Source of the DNA: a virus
Lineage: Duplodnaviria; Heunggongvirae; Uroviricota; Caudoviricetes
IMG/VR virus record: IMGVR_UViG_2563366840_000011
Location: 1 to 64,000 of that record
Length of the DNA stretch: 64,000 nucleotides
Direction: 5' to 3' (one strand)
Positions 26,917 through 36,999 of this stretch are shown piece by piece. The translations under genes were made by a program, and so were the position numbers. The notes under the pieces are model-generated. The model did no database searches. It had not been told where the DNA came from and was given only the letters and a program-made list of their open reading frames with translations. The first letter of the stretch is position 1; every line of letters starts with the position of its first letter.

Positions 26917-27342
26917 ATGGAAGGTTTATCTATGGATCAGGTAGTCATTTTTAAACAAATATTTGATAAAGTTCGAAACGATTTAAACTATCAATGGTTT
27001 TATTCTGAGCTAAAACGTCACAATGTCTCACATTACATTTACTATTTAGCCACAGAGAATGTTCATATTGTATTAAAAAATGATAATACAGTGTTATTAA
27101 AGGGCCTAAAAAACATTGTGTCTGTCAAATTTTCAAAGGATAGGCATCTTATAGAAACGACCTCTAATAAGCTGAAATCCAGAGAGATCACATTTCAGGA
27201 ATACAGAAGAAACCTTGCTAAAGCAGGAGTTTTTCGGTGGGTTACAAATATCCACGAACAAAAAAGATATTACTATACCTTTGATAATTCATTACTATTT
27301 ACTGAAAGCATCCAGAAAACTACACAGATCTTACCACGCTAA
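26917..27342 (+). CDS. YdfO/YbcV-like protein (DUF1398)
   Basis: 141-aa AT-rich ORF in the position of ydfO in Qin; family assignment from memory, start uncertain. Confidence 0.45.
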
Positions 27343-27493
27343 ACCATAACGTCCGGCTTCTCTCACTCCTGAGCCGGACTGCATTGGTTTAATAAAAACC
27401 ATCAACAATTGTGATTTAGATATTCGGAACCATTCAAATATAACAAAACCCCGTAAAAACGAGGTTTATGGATAAATTTTATTATTGAATACA

Positions 27494-27667
27494 TCAGATT
27501 AAATTAATCTTGACATCATAGCTTTCAAGACCCGTCATTTTTTCCCGTGCGGTAAACTGAATACTGGTAACTTCTTTCCCGGTCTTTTTCTTAAGTTCAA
27601 TAATTTTTTTTGTTATATATTCAGAAATATCTGCTTCTGCTTTTGTTTTTAAGTTTTCAATATTCAT
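27494..27667 (-). CDS. gnsB: GnsB-like small protein (57 aa)
   Basis: Hand translation of the minus strand gives MNIENLKTKAEADISEYITKKIIELKKKTGKEVTSIQFTAREKMTGLESYDVKINLI; not in the ORF track because it is under 60 aa. Confidence 0.65.
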   Translation of the reverse strand: MNIENLKTKAEADISEYITKKIIELKKKTGKEVTSIQFTAREKMTGLESYDVKINLI

Positions 27668-27838
27668 CATTTCCTCTTTTAGTCTGTTATGACTTTCCAG
27701 TTACACAGTAAGTCGATTATATGGTGCAAACGTGTAAAAGATAAGATGAAACATCGCAATAATCAACATACGATAGTCTAAATTTTACACAAACAGACAA
27801 AGAAAATTTTCCTGAATTATCAATACAATAGCATCAAA

Positions 27839-28069
27839 TCAACTCAAGAGCCTTATTGCTGCTTCCAGAATTTCTTCTGAAGTAACATGTCGATCCGCGG
27901 CTACATAAATGACTTTATGATCTCCGGTCAGAGATGGAAACCCTGCGGCCATTACAGTAAGGTGTGTTTTTTCGCCATTTGGATATTCACGCATGATGGT
28001 GTTAACTCCAGTCATCGCTGGCACTACCACTGCAGGTTCAGAGTTAAAAAAAACTATGATTTTTTTCAT
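27839..28069 (-). CDS. Hypothetical protein (about 76 aa from MKKIIVFF...)
   Basis: ORF between gnsB and cspI; start chosen at internal ATG; no confident family. Confidence 0.3.
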   Translation of the reverse strand: MKKIIVFFNSEPAVVVPAMTGVNTIMREYPNGEKTHLTVMAAGFPSLTGDHKVIYVAADRHVTSEEILEAAIRLLS

Positions 28070-28340
28070 GATGTTACCGTAGTATGTGAGTATCCATCGA
28101 ATAGATACCAAGCAAAAAAGCTCCCGAAGGAGCCTTCATTTTCACTTTTTTAAATCCAACGACAGACGGCTGGCATTTAAGTATTGTGAAATATTATCAA
28201 ATGTAATCATCATTGATTTACAAAAGATACATTTTGCCCCGAAAGGATTCATGTCAGAAACATCAAAAGATGATGTTCTATACTGGGAACCATGACAACA
28301 CGGGCATCTAAAGTGAATATGGTTTGTAATATTGTCTACC

Positions 28341-28553
28341 TCAAAGCGCCACTACATGAACAGCGGCAGGACCTTTAGGTCCGTTCTCAATACCAAATTC
28401 AACTTCCTGATTCTCAGTTAATGTTTTGAAATCGTTGCTCTGAATTGCTGAGAAATGGACAAACACATCTTTGCTGCCATCTTTCGGCGTGATGAAACCA
28501 AAACCTTTTTCAGGGTTAAACCATTTCACTAAACCAGTCATTTTGTTAGACAT
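28341..28553 (-). CDS. cspI: Cold shock protein (CspA family)
   Basis: 70-aa ORF with RNP motifs KGFGFI and VFVHF; position as cspI in Qin. Confidence 0.85.
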   Translation of the reverse strand: MSNKMTGLVKWFNPEKGFGFITPKDGSKDVFVHFSAIQSNDFKTLTENQEVEFGIENGPKGPAAVHVVAL

Positions 28554-28916
28554 AATTATTACCTTTTGAAGAAATTAGCCCTTGGGCAGAATGGTCCGAA
28601 AAAAAATATCAGAGAGAAAAACCAACAAGGAAATCTCAAGAGGTACAAATAATAAAATTATAACAATGACTGCTTCAGATAAATTTGTAACAAACCAGAA
28701 CACCATTAACGCATGATTAACCACCCATAGCAAGGATTACTTTTGTAAAGAAAAACACAGCAATGAAAGAATAGCTTTATTTATTAATAATAACGTGTCA
28801 TTCTGATTAAGACCTTTTATCTTACCCTTAAGATTTCAGGAATTTTGGCTCATGGAAGAGTCCTTTTTATTTAAATTTTACATTCCGCGATGTAAATGTT
28901 CCGATTTAATATTACC

Positions 28917-29940
<1,024 letters not shown>

Positions 29941-29944
<4 letters not shown>

Positions 29945-30252
29945 ATATATTTATGATGAGGACGCTCGTGCTTATTGGCAGGATTTTCAATCTTAAAGGA
30001 GTACTGATGCTGCAGATAAGACTCAACTTTTTCTGACAATTTTTCTGCTACTTCCAGGAAGACTTGCCGGACGCTCCTTCTGGCTGCTGCCTCATAAAAC
30101 TCCAGCGCAGCTCCTTCAACACGGTCCATGGCGACATCCAGGTCAAAAATTTCACCGTCAAAGCGTTCTTTGTCCTGTAAGGCTACAGTTACCGTAACTT
30201 TATTCTCAAAATTACGGACTCCTTTCACAACCAGTTCATAGTCTTGAGTCAT
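29941..30252 (-). CDS. ydfR: YdfR-like protein (DUF1327)
   Basis: 103-aa ORF between holin and endolysin as in Qin. Confidence 0.65.
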
Positions 30253-30256
30253 TGGA

Positions 30257-30472
30257 TTACTCTCCTCTCGCAGCCTTACGCCTGTCTTCTTTAATCTTGA
30301 AATAAAGATTTGTCAGATACGTCAGCAGGCCAAAAACCAGGCTACCCAGCACACCGATTGCAGCCCACTGTGACGGAGTTACTTTATCGAGTAACTGCAA
30401 TGCCCAGAAACCAGCATTACCCGCCGATGTGCCATAGGCAACACCTGTTGTTAACTTATCCATTGATTTCAT
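30257..30472 (-). CDS. essQ: Holin, S21-type pinholin (dual-start motif MKSMDK)
   Basis: Matches remembered P21 S sequence (…[11 protein letters not shown]…[20 protein letters not shown]); two TM segments. Confidence 0.8.
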   Translation of the reverse strand: MKSMDKLTTGVAYGTSAGNAGFWALQLLDKVTPSQWAAIGVLGSLVFGLLTYLTNLYFKIKEDRRKAARGE

Positions 30473-30691
30473 ATCCTCACCCCGATGTACACGGATGGTG
30501 CAATATGTTTGAAAAGATCGGAGTCTACGGGGTAGTTTTGACAGCACACGTTGTTCTCAACGGCGCTAAAAAAACATACACATTAAAAATGTGGGTAATT
30601 ATTTTGAAAGAAAGTCATATATAAAATAATAATACGAGAAATGTTTTCATATTTAGTGTACTGTATACGGCCATTTATACAGGAAAAGCCT

Positions 30692-30862
30692 ATGTCAGAA
30701 CGTAAAAACTCAAAATCACGCCGTAATTATCTCGTTAAATGTTCCTGCCCAAACTGCACCCAAGAGTCAGAACACAGTTTTTCAAGAGTACAAAAAGGTG
30801 CCCTTTTGATCTGCCCTCATTGCAACAAAGTATTCCAGACAAATCTTAAAGCTGTAGCCTGA
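30692..30862 (+). CDS. Small zinc-ribbon protein (two CxxC pairs), hypothetical
   Basis: 56-aa ORF from ATG with AGGAAAAG SD; CPNC...CPHC motif; opposite strand to the lysis genes. Confidence 0.4.
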   Translation: MSERKNSKSRRNYLVKCSCPNCTQESEHSFSRVQKGALLICPHCNKVFQTNLKAVA

Positions 30863-30916
30863 TTGATTTTATTAGTAACAAGTATTTTTTATATTTTAAT
30901 AATATATTTAAAGCAG

Positions 30917-30943
30917 ATAATAAAAAACCCGCCTGAGCGGGTT
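30917..30943 (-). terminator. Rho-independent terminator downstream of cspB
   Basis: aacccgc-ctga-gcgggtt hairpin with T-rich tract on the minus strand. Confidence 0.5.
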
Positions 30944-31225
30944 TGAGATTGTGGTGCTTTTTGTGGGAGTCATCCACTTACGCACTTTGTTTTGCCATGC
31001 CAGCAGTTAGCTTCTGCTGTAAAACTATTCATGCAGCAAACCTGCACTTCACCACAATGGTTAGCATACTTTTCCTGATTAAGATTTTGCCAAATATGCT
31101 AGCCATTGTTTCATGTATTGGACCTCCTTACTTTTTATTAAAGAGATCCAATATTCACTACTCTGTCCGTATCTCTACTCAGGCATCAGCCTTCTTCGTT
31201 ATCGTATACAGACGAGCGATGAATT

Positions 31226-31441
31226 TTAATCAGTAATGATGACATTTGCTGCTGCAGGACCTTTAGCACCACTCTCTATAGAGAAGGTAACCTTTTGACC
31301 TTCAAATAAGGTTCGATAATTATCATTCTGAATCGCAGAAAAATGCACAAACACATCTTTACTACCATCAACAGGAGAAATAAAGCCGAAACCTTTATCA
31401 GCGTTAAACCATTTTACTAAACCAGTCATTTTATTTGACAT
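31226..31441 (-). CDS. cspB: Cold shock protein CspB
   Basis: 71-aa CspA-family ORF; position and sequence as Qin cspB. Confidence 0.85.
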   Translation of the reverse strand: MSNKMTGLVKWFNADKGFGFISPVDGSKDVFVHFSAIQNDNYRTLFEGQKVTFSIESGAKGPAAANVIITD

Positions 31442-31741
31442 TCTACATTCCTTAACTTGAGCCTTTCGGCATAAATGGTTTGCATAACAGAAACGACTTC
31501 GTACTTAATTGGAGAGACTCAAAGAAGGAATAAGTGAATAACACCTGAAATGAGAACTGCTTTAGTAAACTACTTCGTATATCGTCTGTTCTTCAAACCG
31601 ACGCAATCATTAACGCATAGTTGAACATATGAAGCAATGTTTATTTTAGACATCCAGCCATCTTCAACCCCATCAAAAAACTATAGCTTTCTTCAGGAAC
31701 GTGTGTATAGTGCGCCAAGTTATCAGTATTAAGGAATTTTT

Positions 31742-31954
31742 TTGTCCCGTAAAATGACAGGAATTGTCAAAACCTTTGACGGCAAAAGCGGCAAGGGTCT
31801 TATCACCCCATCCGATGGTCGTATCGATGTCCAGCTTCATGTTTCAGCGCTCAATCTCCGCGATGCAGAAGAAATTACCACCGGATTACGCGTGGAATTT
31901 TGCCGGATAAATGGTCTGCGTGGCCCTTCAGCTGCCAATGTTTACCTTTCATGA
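31742..31954 (+). CDS. cspF: Cold shock protein-like CspF
   Basis: 70-aa divergent CspA-family ORF, divergently oriented to cspB. Confidence 0.8.
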
Positions 31955-32246
31955 GCTATATTAAAGCTTTAATTTCAGGCCCCATCGGATCACACATGGA
32001 GAGTTTTTATGAATAACCCCGTCTGTCTTGATGACTGGTTGATTGGCTTTAAAAGCTTATGCTGTACTTTGGCCGTAATAGCTCTGCTAATAATATAATA
32101 AGCAGACTCATTGTGTTTAGGGACATTGTACTGGAAGAAAACATTTTAAACATCAGGCAAATAACCAAGTCACCAGCTAAATAATAAGTTAACAGACATG
32201 AGTCCCGGGATGAGATTCAACATTACCATTGCCCCATTTAAAGCAC

Positions 32247-32270
32247 AAAACCCGCTCATCAGCGGGTTTT
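32247..32270 (-). terminator. tR'-like terminator downstream of the late promoter
   Basis: aaaacccgc-tcatc-agcgggtttt hairpin about 45-70 nt downstream of the predicted -10. Confidence 0.5.
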
Positions 32271-32315
32271 CTACTTTTTCTTAACGTCGGGTATACAAAG
32301 CCCATCGTTGAAAAA

Positions 32316-32344
32316 ATTTTATCCATATTTTTTGAAAAATGCAA
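32316..32344 (-). promoter_or_regulatory. pR'-like late promoter (-35 TTGCAT, 17-bp spacer, -10 TAAAAT), presumed Q utilization region
   Basis: Near-consensus sigma70 hexamers on the minus strand immediately downstream of Q. Confidence 0.45.
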
Positions 32345-32375
32345 ACATCATGTCGCCATCTTCAGCAAAAATCAT

Positions 32376-33128
32376 TTATCTCGTCACCTTCCTCAATTGC
32401 GCTTCCGCGTATGCTTCTTCCTGCCAGCACTTTGTTACCAGTTTACCAATGACGTCCGCATACCCCTTATACCACTGATAATCGGTCAGGTCTGGTACCA
32501 GCTTCTGGACATGACGTCGTGCCAGCGTGGTCGGTAAACGACTAAACCGGTTTCCATTACAACGCCCACAAATCTTATATACCGGTACGCCATGAAACCG
32601 GGTTCTTTTTTCATCCAGAACAATCCCTTTACCCTTACACCCTCTGCACGCTGTGCTGGCTTCGCCCTTACCATGGCAATGCTGACATAGTTCCTTCACC
32701 CATTCTTCCTTGATTACAGATTCCCCGCGTCTGTAGTGTTTCACCACTTCGCGCAATACATTATAAAATCCCGTACCTGAACAATGCTCACAGCGAGCCT
32801 TACTTGCCGCAGACCTGGAGTAATCAGCAAAGGCAAAACTCACGAGGTAAGGAATAATCTGTAACCGGATTTCTTCACTCAATTTGTTCAATGTCGGGTT
32901 ATCCAGTGCCATCGCGTAATTTAGCAGGCCTTCAATCGCAAACTGAGGGTCCTGAACACCAACTTTTGCCAGAAATAAGGCCAACCCAAGTGGTGCTTTC
33001 GACTGCACCATCCCCTGCGCTGCCATTACATCCGTAATTGTTAAACAACCGGTGCCTGTCGCTGGAGCGTCATCGCTCAATTTTGGAGATTTTGGGGAGT
33101 AATATTTTGGTAAGGCTTCAAGGTTCAT
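32376..33128 (-). CDS. quuQ: Late gene antiterminator Q
   Basis: 250 aa from MNLEALPKYY; Cys-rich zinc-binding motifs; directly upstream of a pR'-like promoter. Confidence 0.8.
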   Translation of the reverse strand: MNLEALPKYYSPKSPKLSDDAPATGTGCLTITDVMAAQGMVQSKAPLGLALFLAKVGVQDPQFAIEGLLNYAMALDNPTLNKLSEEIRLQIIPYLVSFAFADYSRSAASKARCEHCSGTGFYNVLREVVKHYRRGESVIKEEWVKELCQHCHGKGEASTACRGCKGKGIVLDEKRTRFHGVPVYKICGRCNGNRFSRLPTTLARRHVQKLVPDLTDYQWYKGYADVIGKLVTKCWQEEAYAEAQLRKVTR

Positions 33129-33141
33129 GCTCGTTCTCCAC

Positions 33142-34191
33142 TTACGCCAGTACGCCAATTGCCAGCGCGCGATCGATAAAACGAAATATCAGCTCCAGTT
33201 GGGAGCCATACTTATCTTCAAATGCCACTGTATCCGTATGCAGCTCGTTGTGATGCTTTCTGCACAAAGGCAACACAAAGAGATCATGTGCTTTTGTTCC
33301 CATTCCGCCCTGCCCGTGACCAATCAGATGATGCGGATCGTCGGCTGGCATACCGCAGCAAGCACACGGCTGTGTCTTAACCCAACGTGTGTATTTCTCC
33401 TTAACCCAGCGGCGACGTTTAGGCAGCTTCATGAAAGATTCCGGAGACTCTGGATCAACGGTGATGCTTACCACCGTCTTTTCCTGTGGTGATTTTTGTT
33501 GCTGGTGGGCGTAAGGCAACGGTGCAAGATTTTTTGTGCGTTGTTTCAATATGCTGGTGGCGGTCTGCTCTCCCGGTACGATGTCGCTTTCGCGGTACAC
33601 CGAGCAGATTTTTTCCGCTGGTAATCCCAGCGAACGACGCGATACAGCCTCAGGTAGTGCATCCACCACCTGATTGCAGACCGCCCACCAGGATAATTCA
33701 GCCAAAGATAATTCCCGCTCCTGCGTACCGCTTATTGCGTGACGGATGACGTCAATCACCCATGCTGTCAGATTTTGTTGAGCAAGCAGCTCCAGTGATT
33801 CCGATGTCTGGTCACGCAGTTGGTTGTCGCAGTGCCAGCACAACACCATTGCGCCGGTACCATAACGGTGAATGACTGTTTCAGTGTGATGGTAATCGCC
33901 ATTAGGCCACTGGCAGGATGTAACATGACGTAATAGCCAGTCGGACAATGCGCCAACGCCGCCAGCAGCACGAATCACCCGTTCGTTACTAAAAAACGGC
34001 AGCAATGTTTTGTCTTCCGCCAGCGGCTGGCGAACGGCAGGAACGACTCCGGATGGCAGATTACGCATGCTTTTTGGTTCCGGTTCCACCAGCACTCGAG
34101 GATTATGAAATATCTGTATGGATTCACGGCCCGGCTTAAGGACCACCAGCCCAAGCTCAGGCACCAGAACAGGTCTAAGTAATACCCGCAC
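33142..34191 (-). CDS. ydfU: YdfU-like DUF968 protein with C-terminal HNH-like motif
   Basis: 349 aa from GTG at 34191 with GGAGG SD 5 nt upstream; C-terminal CxxC...HH...H HNH-like signature. Confidence 0.7.
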   Translation of the reverse strand: MRVLLRPVLVPELGLVVLKPGRESIQIFHNPRVLVEPEPKSMRNLPSGVVPAVRQPLAEDKTLLPFFSNERVIRAAGGVGALSDWLLRHVTSCQWPNGDYHHTETVIHRYGTGAMVLCWHCDNQLRDQTSESLELLAQQNLTAWVIDVIRHAISGTQERELSLAELSWWAVCNQVVDALPEAVSRRSLGLPAEKICSVYRESDIVPGEQTATSILKQRTKNLAPLPYAHQQQKSPQEKTVVSITVDPESPESFMKLPKRRRWVKEKYTRWVKTQPCACCGMPADDPHHLIGHGQGGMGTKAHDLFVLPLCRKHHNELHTDTVAFEDKYGSQLELIFRFIDRALAIGVLA

Positions 34192-34192
34192 G

Positions 34193-34471
34193 TTACCTCC
34201 AGATCCGTTGCTGGAAAGTGCGGGACGCACGTGGTGGGCGTTCGGAATAAGGCAGCCTGACAGAGATTATCCAGTGCCGATAGTCGAGACTGAGAGCTTT
34301 CTTAACCTCGAACCCGCGCCTGCGGTAAGAATGAATCAGCCATTCGGCCTGTTCTGCAGTGCATGGAGGGTGCTGGAACCATTCAGACTTGAATGCGTGA
34401 GAATACCGCCCGTGCGTGCAGGCAAGAACGGGCGAATTATCAGAATTGTAATATTTTGCGTTGCGTGCCAT
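34193..34471 (-). CDS. Hypothetical 92-aa protein, translationally coupled to ydfU
   Basis: ORF whose stop lies within the ydfU SD/start region; no confident family. Confidence 0.4.
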   Translation of the reverse strand: MARNAKYYNSDNSPVLACTHGRYSHAFKSEWFQHPPCTAEQAEWLIHSYRRRGFEVKKALSLDYRHWIISVRLPYSERPPRASRTFQQRIWR

Positions 34472-34537
34472 CGGTTTTCTCCGGTGGCACGGTGTTACTC
34501 AGCGGGAGTTCAGCCCCGCGCAAGATTGTAGATGAGT

Positions 34538-34789
34538 TTATTCTTCTGAAAAAGCAGAAAAGCCAGCTTTTATTCCGATCTCTTTCAATGCCTGTAATGA
34601 AGTGACAAACTCACCTTCGCGCAAGATAAATCCGTCCGTGACCCGAGCATCCACAAAATTAATTAACGCAGCCCCATTCTTTCGCAAACACATAATGCGG
34701 TAATGACTAACAAGATTTCCATTTTCAACGCACACAGCATAGAGGCCATCTTCACAAAAAATTTTACGCAGTTCTTCGATGTTCATCAT
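34538..34789 (-). CDS. rem: Rem-like small prophage protein (83 aa)
   Basis: 83-aa ORF in the Qin rem position between ydfU and hokD. Confidence 0.55.
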   Translation of the reverse strand: MMNIEELRKIFCEDGLYAVCVENGNLVSHYRIMCLRKNGAALINFVDARVTDGFILREGEFVTSLQALKEIGIKAGFSAFSEE

Positions 34790-35005
34790 CAGAATCCTTC
34801 CGGATAATTAGCTCTCCCCTTTAAGGGACCATCCCTCTTATCCCTGCGCGCTACTTAAGTATTTTTGATTCTATTCCGGCACCGTCCAGAACTTCAAACG
34901 CGTTGAAAATAAAAACAAAAACCCGCCGAAGCGGGTTAAGTGCGGGTGCGTTGAGGATGCCTGCCACATCAGAGGTGGCGAGGGATTTCTCCCCCGCCGG
35001 GTCTC

Positions 35006-35161
35006 TTACTCCTCAGGTTCGTAAGCTGTGAAGACAGCGACCTCCGTCTGGCCGGTTCGGATTCGTACCTCGCAGAGGTCTTTCCTCGTTACCAGTGCCG
35101 TCACTATGACGGTTAAACAGATGACGATCAGGGCGATTAACATCGCCTTTTGCTGCTTCAT
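35006..35161 (-). CDS. hokD: Hok-family type I toxin (HokD/RelF), 51 aa
   Basis: Hand translation MKQQKAMLIALIVICLTVIVTALVTRKDLCEVRIRTGQTEVAVFTAYEPEE; not in the ORF track (under 60 aa). Confidence 0.8.
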   Translation of the reverse strand: MKQQKAMLIALIVICLTVIVTALVTRKDLCEVRIRTGQTEVAVFTAYEPEE

Positions 35162-35232
35162 AGCCTGCTTCTCCTGTCAACGCAAAGCAGAAGTGTCACC
35201 TTCGGTGCGAAACAGAGATGTCATGCTTTGGT

Positions 35233-35520
35233 TCAGAGAATGCGTTTGACCGCCTCGCTATATACTTCCGAGCGTTCTCTTTTCCCAACAGAAATCACGA
35301 AAACGACAACTTTCTCGTCTATAACCTGGTATACAAGGCGATAGCCTGAAGACCGGAGCTTAATCTTGTAACAATCAGGCATACCACGGAGCTTGTTTGC
35401 TTCAATCCGGGGTGACTCAAGTACTTCAACCAGCTTCTTTTTCAACTGTTCACGTACCGTCGAGCCCAGCTTTCGCCATTCCTTTAGTGCCCGCTCGTCA
35501 AAATCCAGAAAATACGCCAT
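35233..35520 (-). CDS. relE: RelE mRNA interferase toxin
   Basis: 95-aa ORF matching RelE. Confidence 0.9.
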   Translation of the reverse strand: MAYFLDFDERALKEWRKLGSTVREQLKKKLVEVLESPRIEANKLRGMPDCYKIKLRSSGYRLVYQVIDEKVVVFVISVGKRERSEVYSEAVKRIL

Positions 35521-35759
35521 CAGAGTTCATCCAGCGTCACACGTACTGGCTTAGGATTACGAAGCCGTTCTTTCACTATCTCCACAAGTTCAGCATCTTC
35601 ATCACTCAGGAGTGTCTGTTTGAACGGCAAGCGTTCATTGTCAGCGATATACTCGAGCATGAGACGAAGCGCTTCAGAAGGAGTTACACCCATTTTTTCA
35701 AGCGCGGCGTAAGAACGCGCTTTAAGTTCATCGTCAATACGCAGGTTAATGCTACCCAT
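35520..35759 (-). CDS. relB: RelB antitoxin
   Basis: 79-aa ORF matching RelB; stop overlaps relE start. Confidence 0.9.
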   Translation of the reverse strand: MGSINLRIDDELKARSYAALEKMGVTPSEALRLMLEYIADNERLPFKQTLLSDEDAELVEIVKERLRNPKPVRVTLDEL

Positions 35760-35783
35760 GTCTTACACCTCTTGTAATTACAA

Positions 35784-36089
35784 ATGTCATTACAAGTATC
35801 GCACTACAACATGCTTAGGGCAAGTCACGAAGGAAGTCAGAAAGTAGTCGTAAGAACGGTGATCACTGTCCGCTTTGTGCCAGGAGCAGCCATTGCTAAG
35901 TCCATCCTGTATTGTGCAGGTCAGCTCGTTTTTAAAGAGTCCGGCCATCATCTTACTGGTACAGACACCATATACTTTGTGACGGTCAGGCTACATATGC
36001 ACAACTCAACTTATTCATCTATTTTTTGCTTTAGCATGTCAGTGTTGCTTTCTCGTCGGCGGGTGAGCGGTGACCTGACCTGTCGATAA
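35784..36089 (+). CDS. ydfV: YdfV-like hypothetical protein
   Basis: 101-aa ORF in the Qin ydfV position; weak sequence support. Confidence 0.35.
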   Translation: MSLQVSHYNMLRASHEGSQKVVVRTVITVRFVPGAAIAKSILYCAGQLVFKESGHHLTGTDTIYFVTVRLHMHNSTYSSIFCFSMSVLLSRRRVSGDLTCR

Positions 36090-36291
36090 AGGAACGTAAC
36101 ACGTTTTATGCAACACCCGCATGCGGCAGAAAATTATTGCCGAACGTTTACCCCTGTCAACAAGCTTTACTTTCTGAGGCGCGCCAGCCCGCGAGGAAAA
36201 CAATCTGAACATCAAACAATTAATGACACAAGAAATACGATTAAAGATTTTTTTGTGCATGCCGATAGTGCTTTTTTAAAAGGAGAAATCT

Positions 36292-36624
36292 ATGTCTGTC
36301 ACAATTCAGGGAAATACCTCAACCGTTATTTCAAACAACTCCGCCCCGGAAGGAACATCAGAAATAGCCAAAATCACAAGACAAATTCAGGTGCTGACTG
36401 AAAAGCTTGGGAAAATCTCATCGGAAGAGGGGATGACGACACAGCAGAAAAAAGAAATGGCTGCATTGGTACAGAAGCAAATTGAAAGCCTCTGGGCTCA
36501 ACTGGAGCAGTTGTTAAGGCAGCAGGCAGAGAAAAAGAATGAAGACGCGACAGTTCAGCCTGATAAAAAAGAAGAGAAAAAAGACGATACAAATACCGCT
36601 GGCACCATTGATATTTACGTCTAA
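36292..36624 (+). CDS. flxA: FlxA (FliA-regulated coiled-coil protein)
   Basis: 110-aa ORF matching FlxA; AGGAG SD. Confidence 0.85.
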   Translation: MSVTIQGNTSTVISNNSAPEGTSEIAKITRQIQVLTEKLGKISSEEGMTTQQKKEMAALVQKQIESLWAQLEQLLRQQAEKKNEDATVQPDKKEEKKDDTNTAGTIDIYV

Positions 36625-36638
36625 GTGACAGCCGTATT

Positions 36639-36662
36639 GTGGCCCTCATCGGGCCACTTTTC
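36639..36662 (+). terminator. Rho-independent terminator of flxA
   Basis: gtggccc-tcatc-gggccac hairpin followed by TTTTCG. Confidence 0.6.
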
Positions 36663-36999
36663 GCCATCAGCCTTTTCTTTAAAGACATATTATCTTTGTA
36701 TCATTTCTGATAGTTAACATTACAAGATATAAGTAATGGACGCACTCCCAATTAGTCTATTTAAATCGCCACGAGTTTAACTGACAACCCATGATCAATT
36801 ATGAATTGCAACTATTTCTGTAGTCACTTTTGTGGGGACAGTCCACAAAACTGCCAACTTCCGCTTCTTGCTCTTAGCGGACATTAGCATAGGCTATTTA
36901 CCATAACGCCTCATTACGCGCACCGCCCAGACTGACTCAGCGCGTTTCTGGCATATCCCCGGTAAAACAAGTAACAAACCACCCGAAAATGAACACCAG

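Noticed and set aside
35028-35249. 73-aa plus-strand ORF
   Set aside because: It is the antisense of hokD; the Hok translation on the minus strand is the convincing one.
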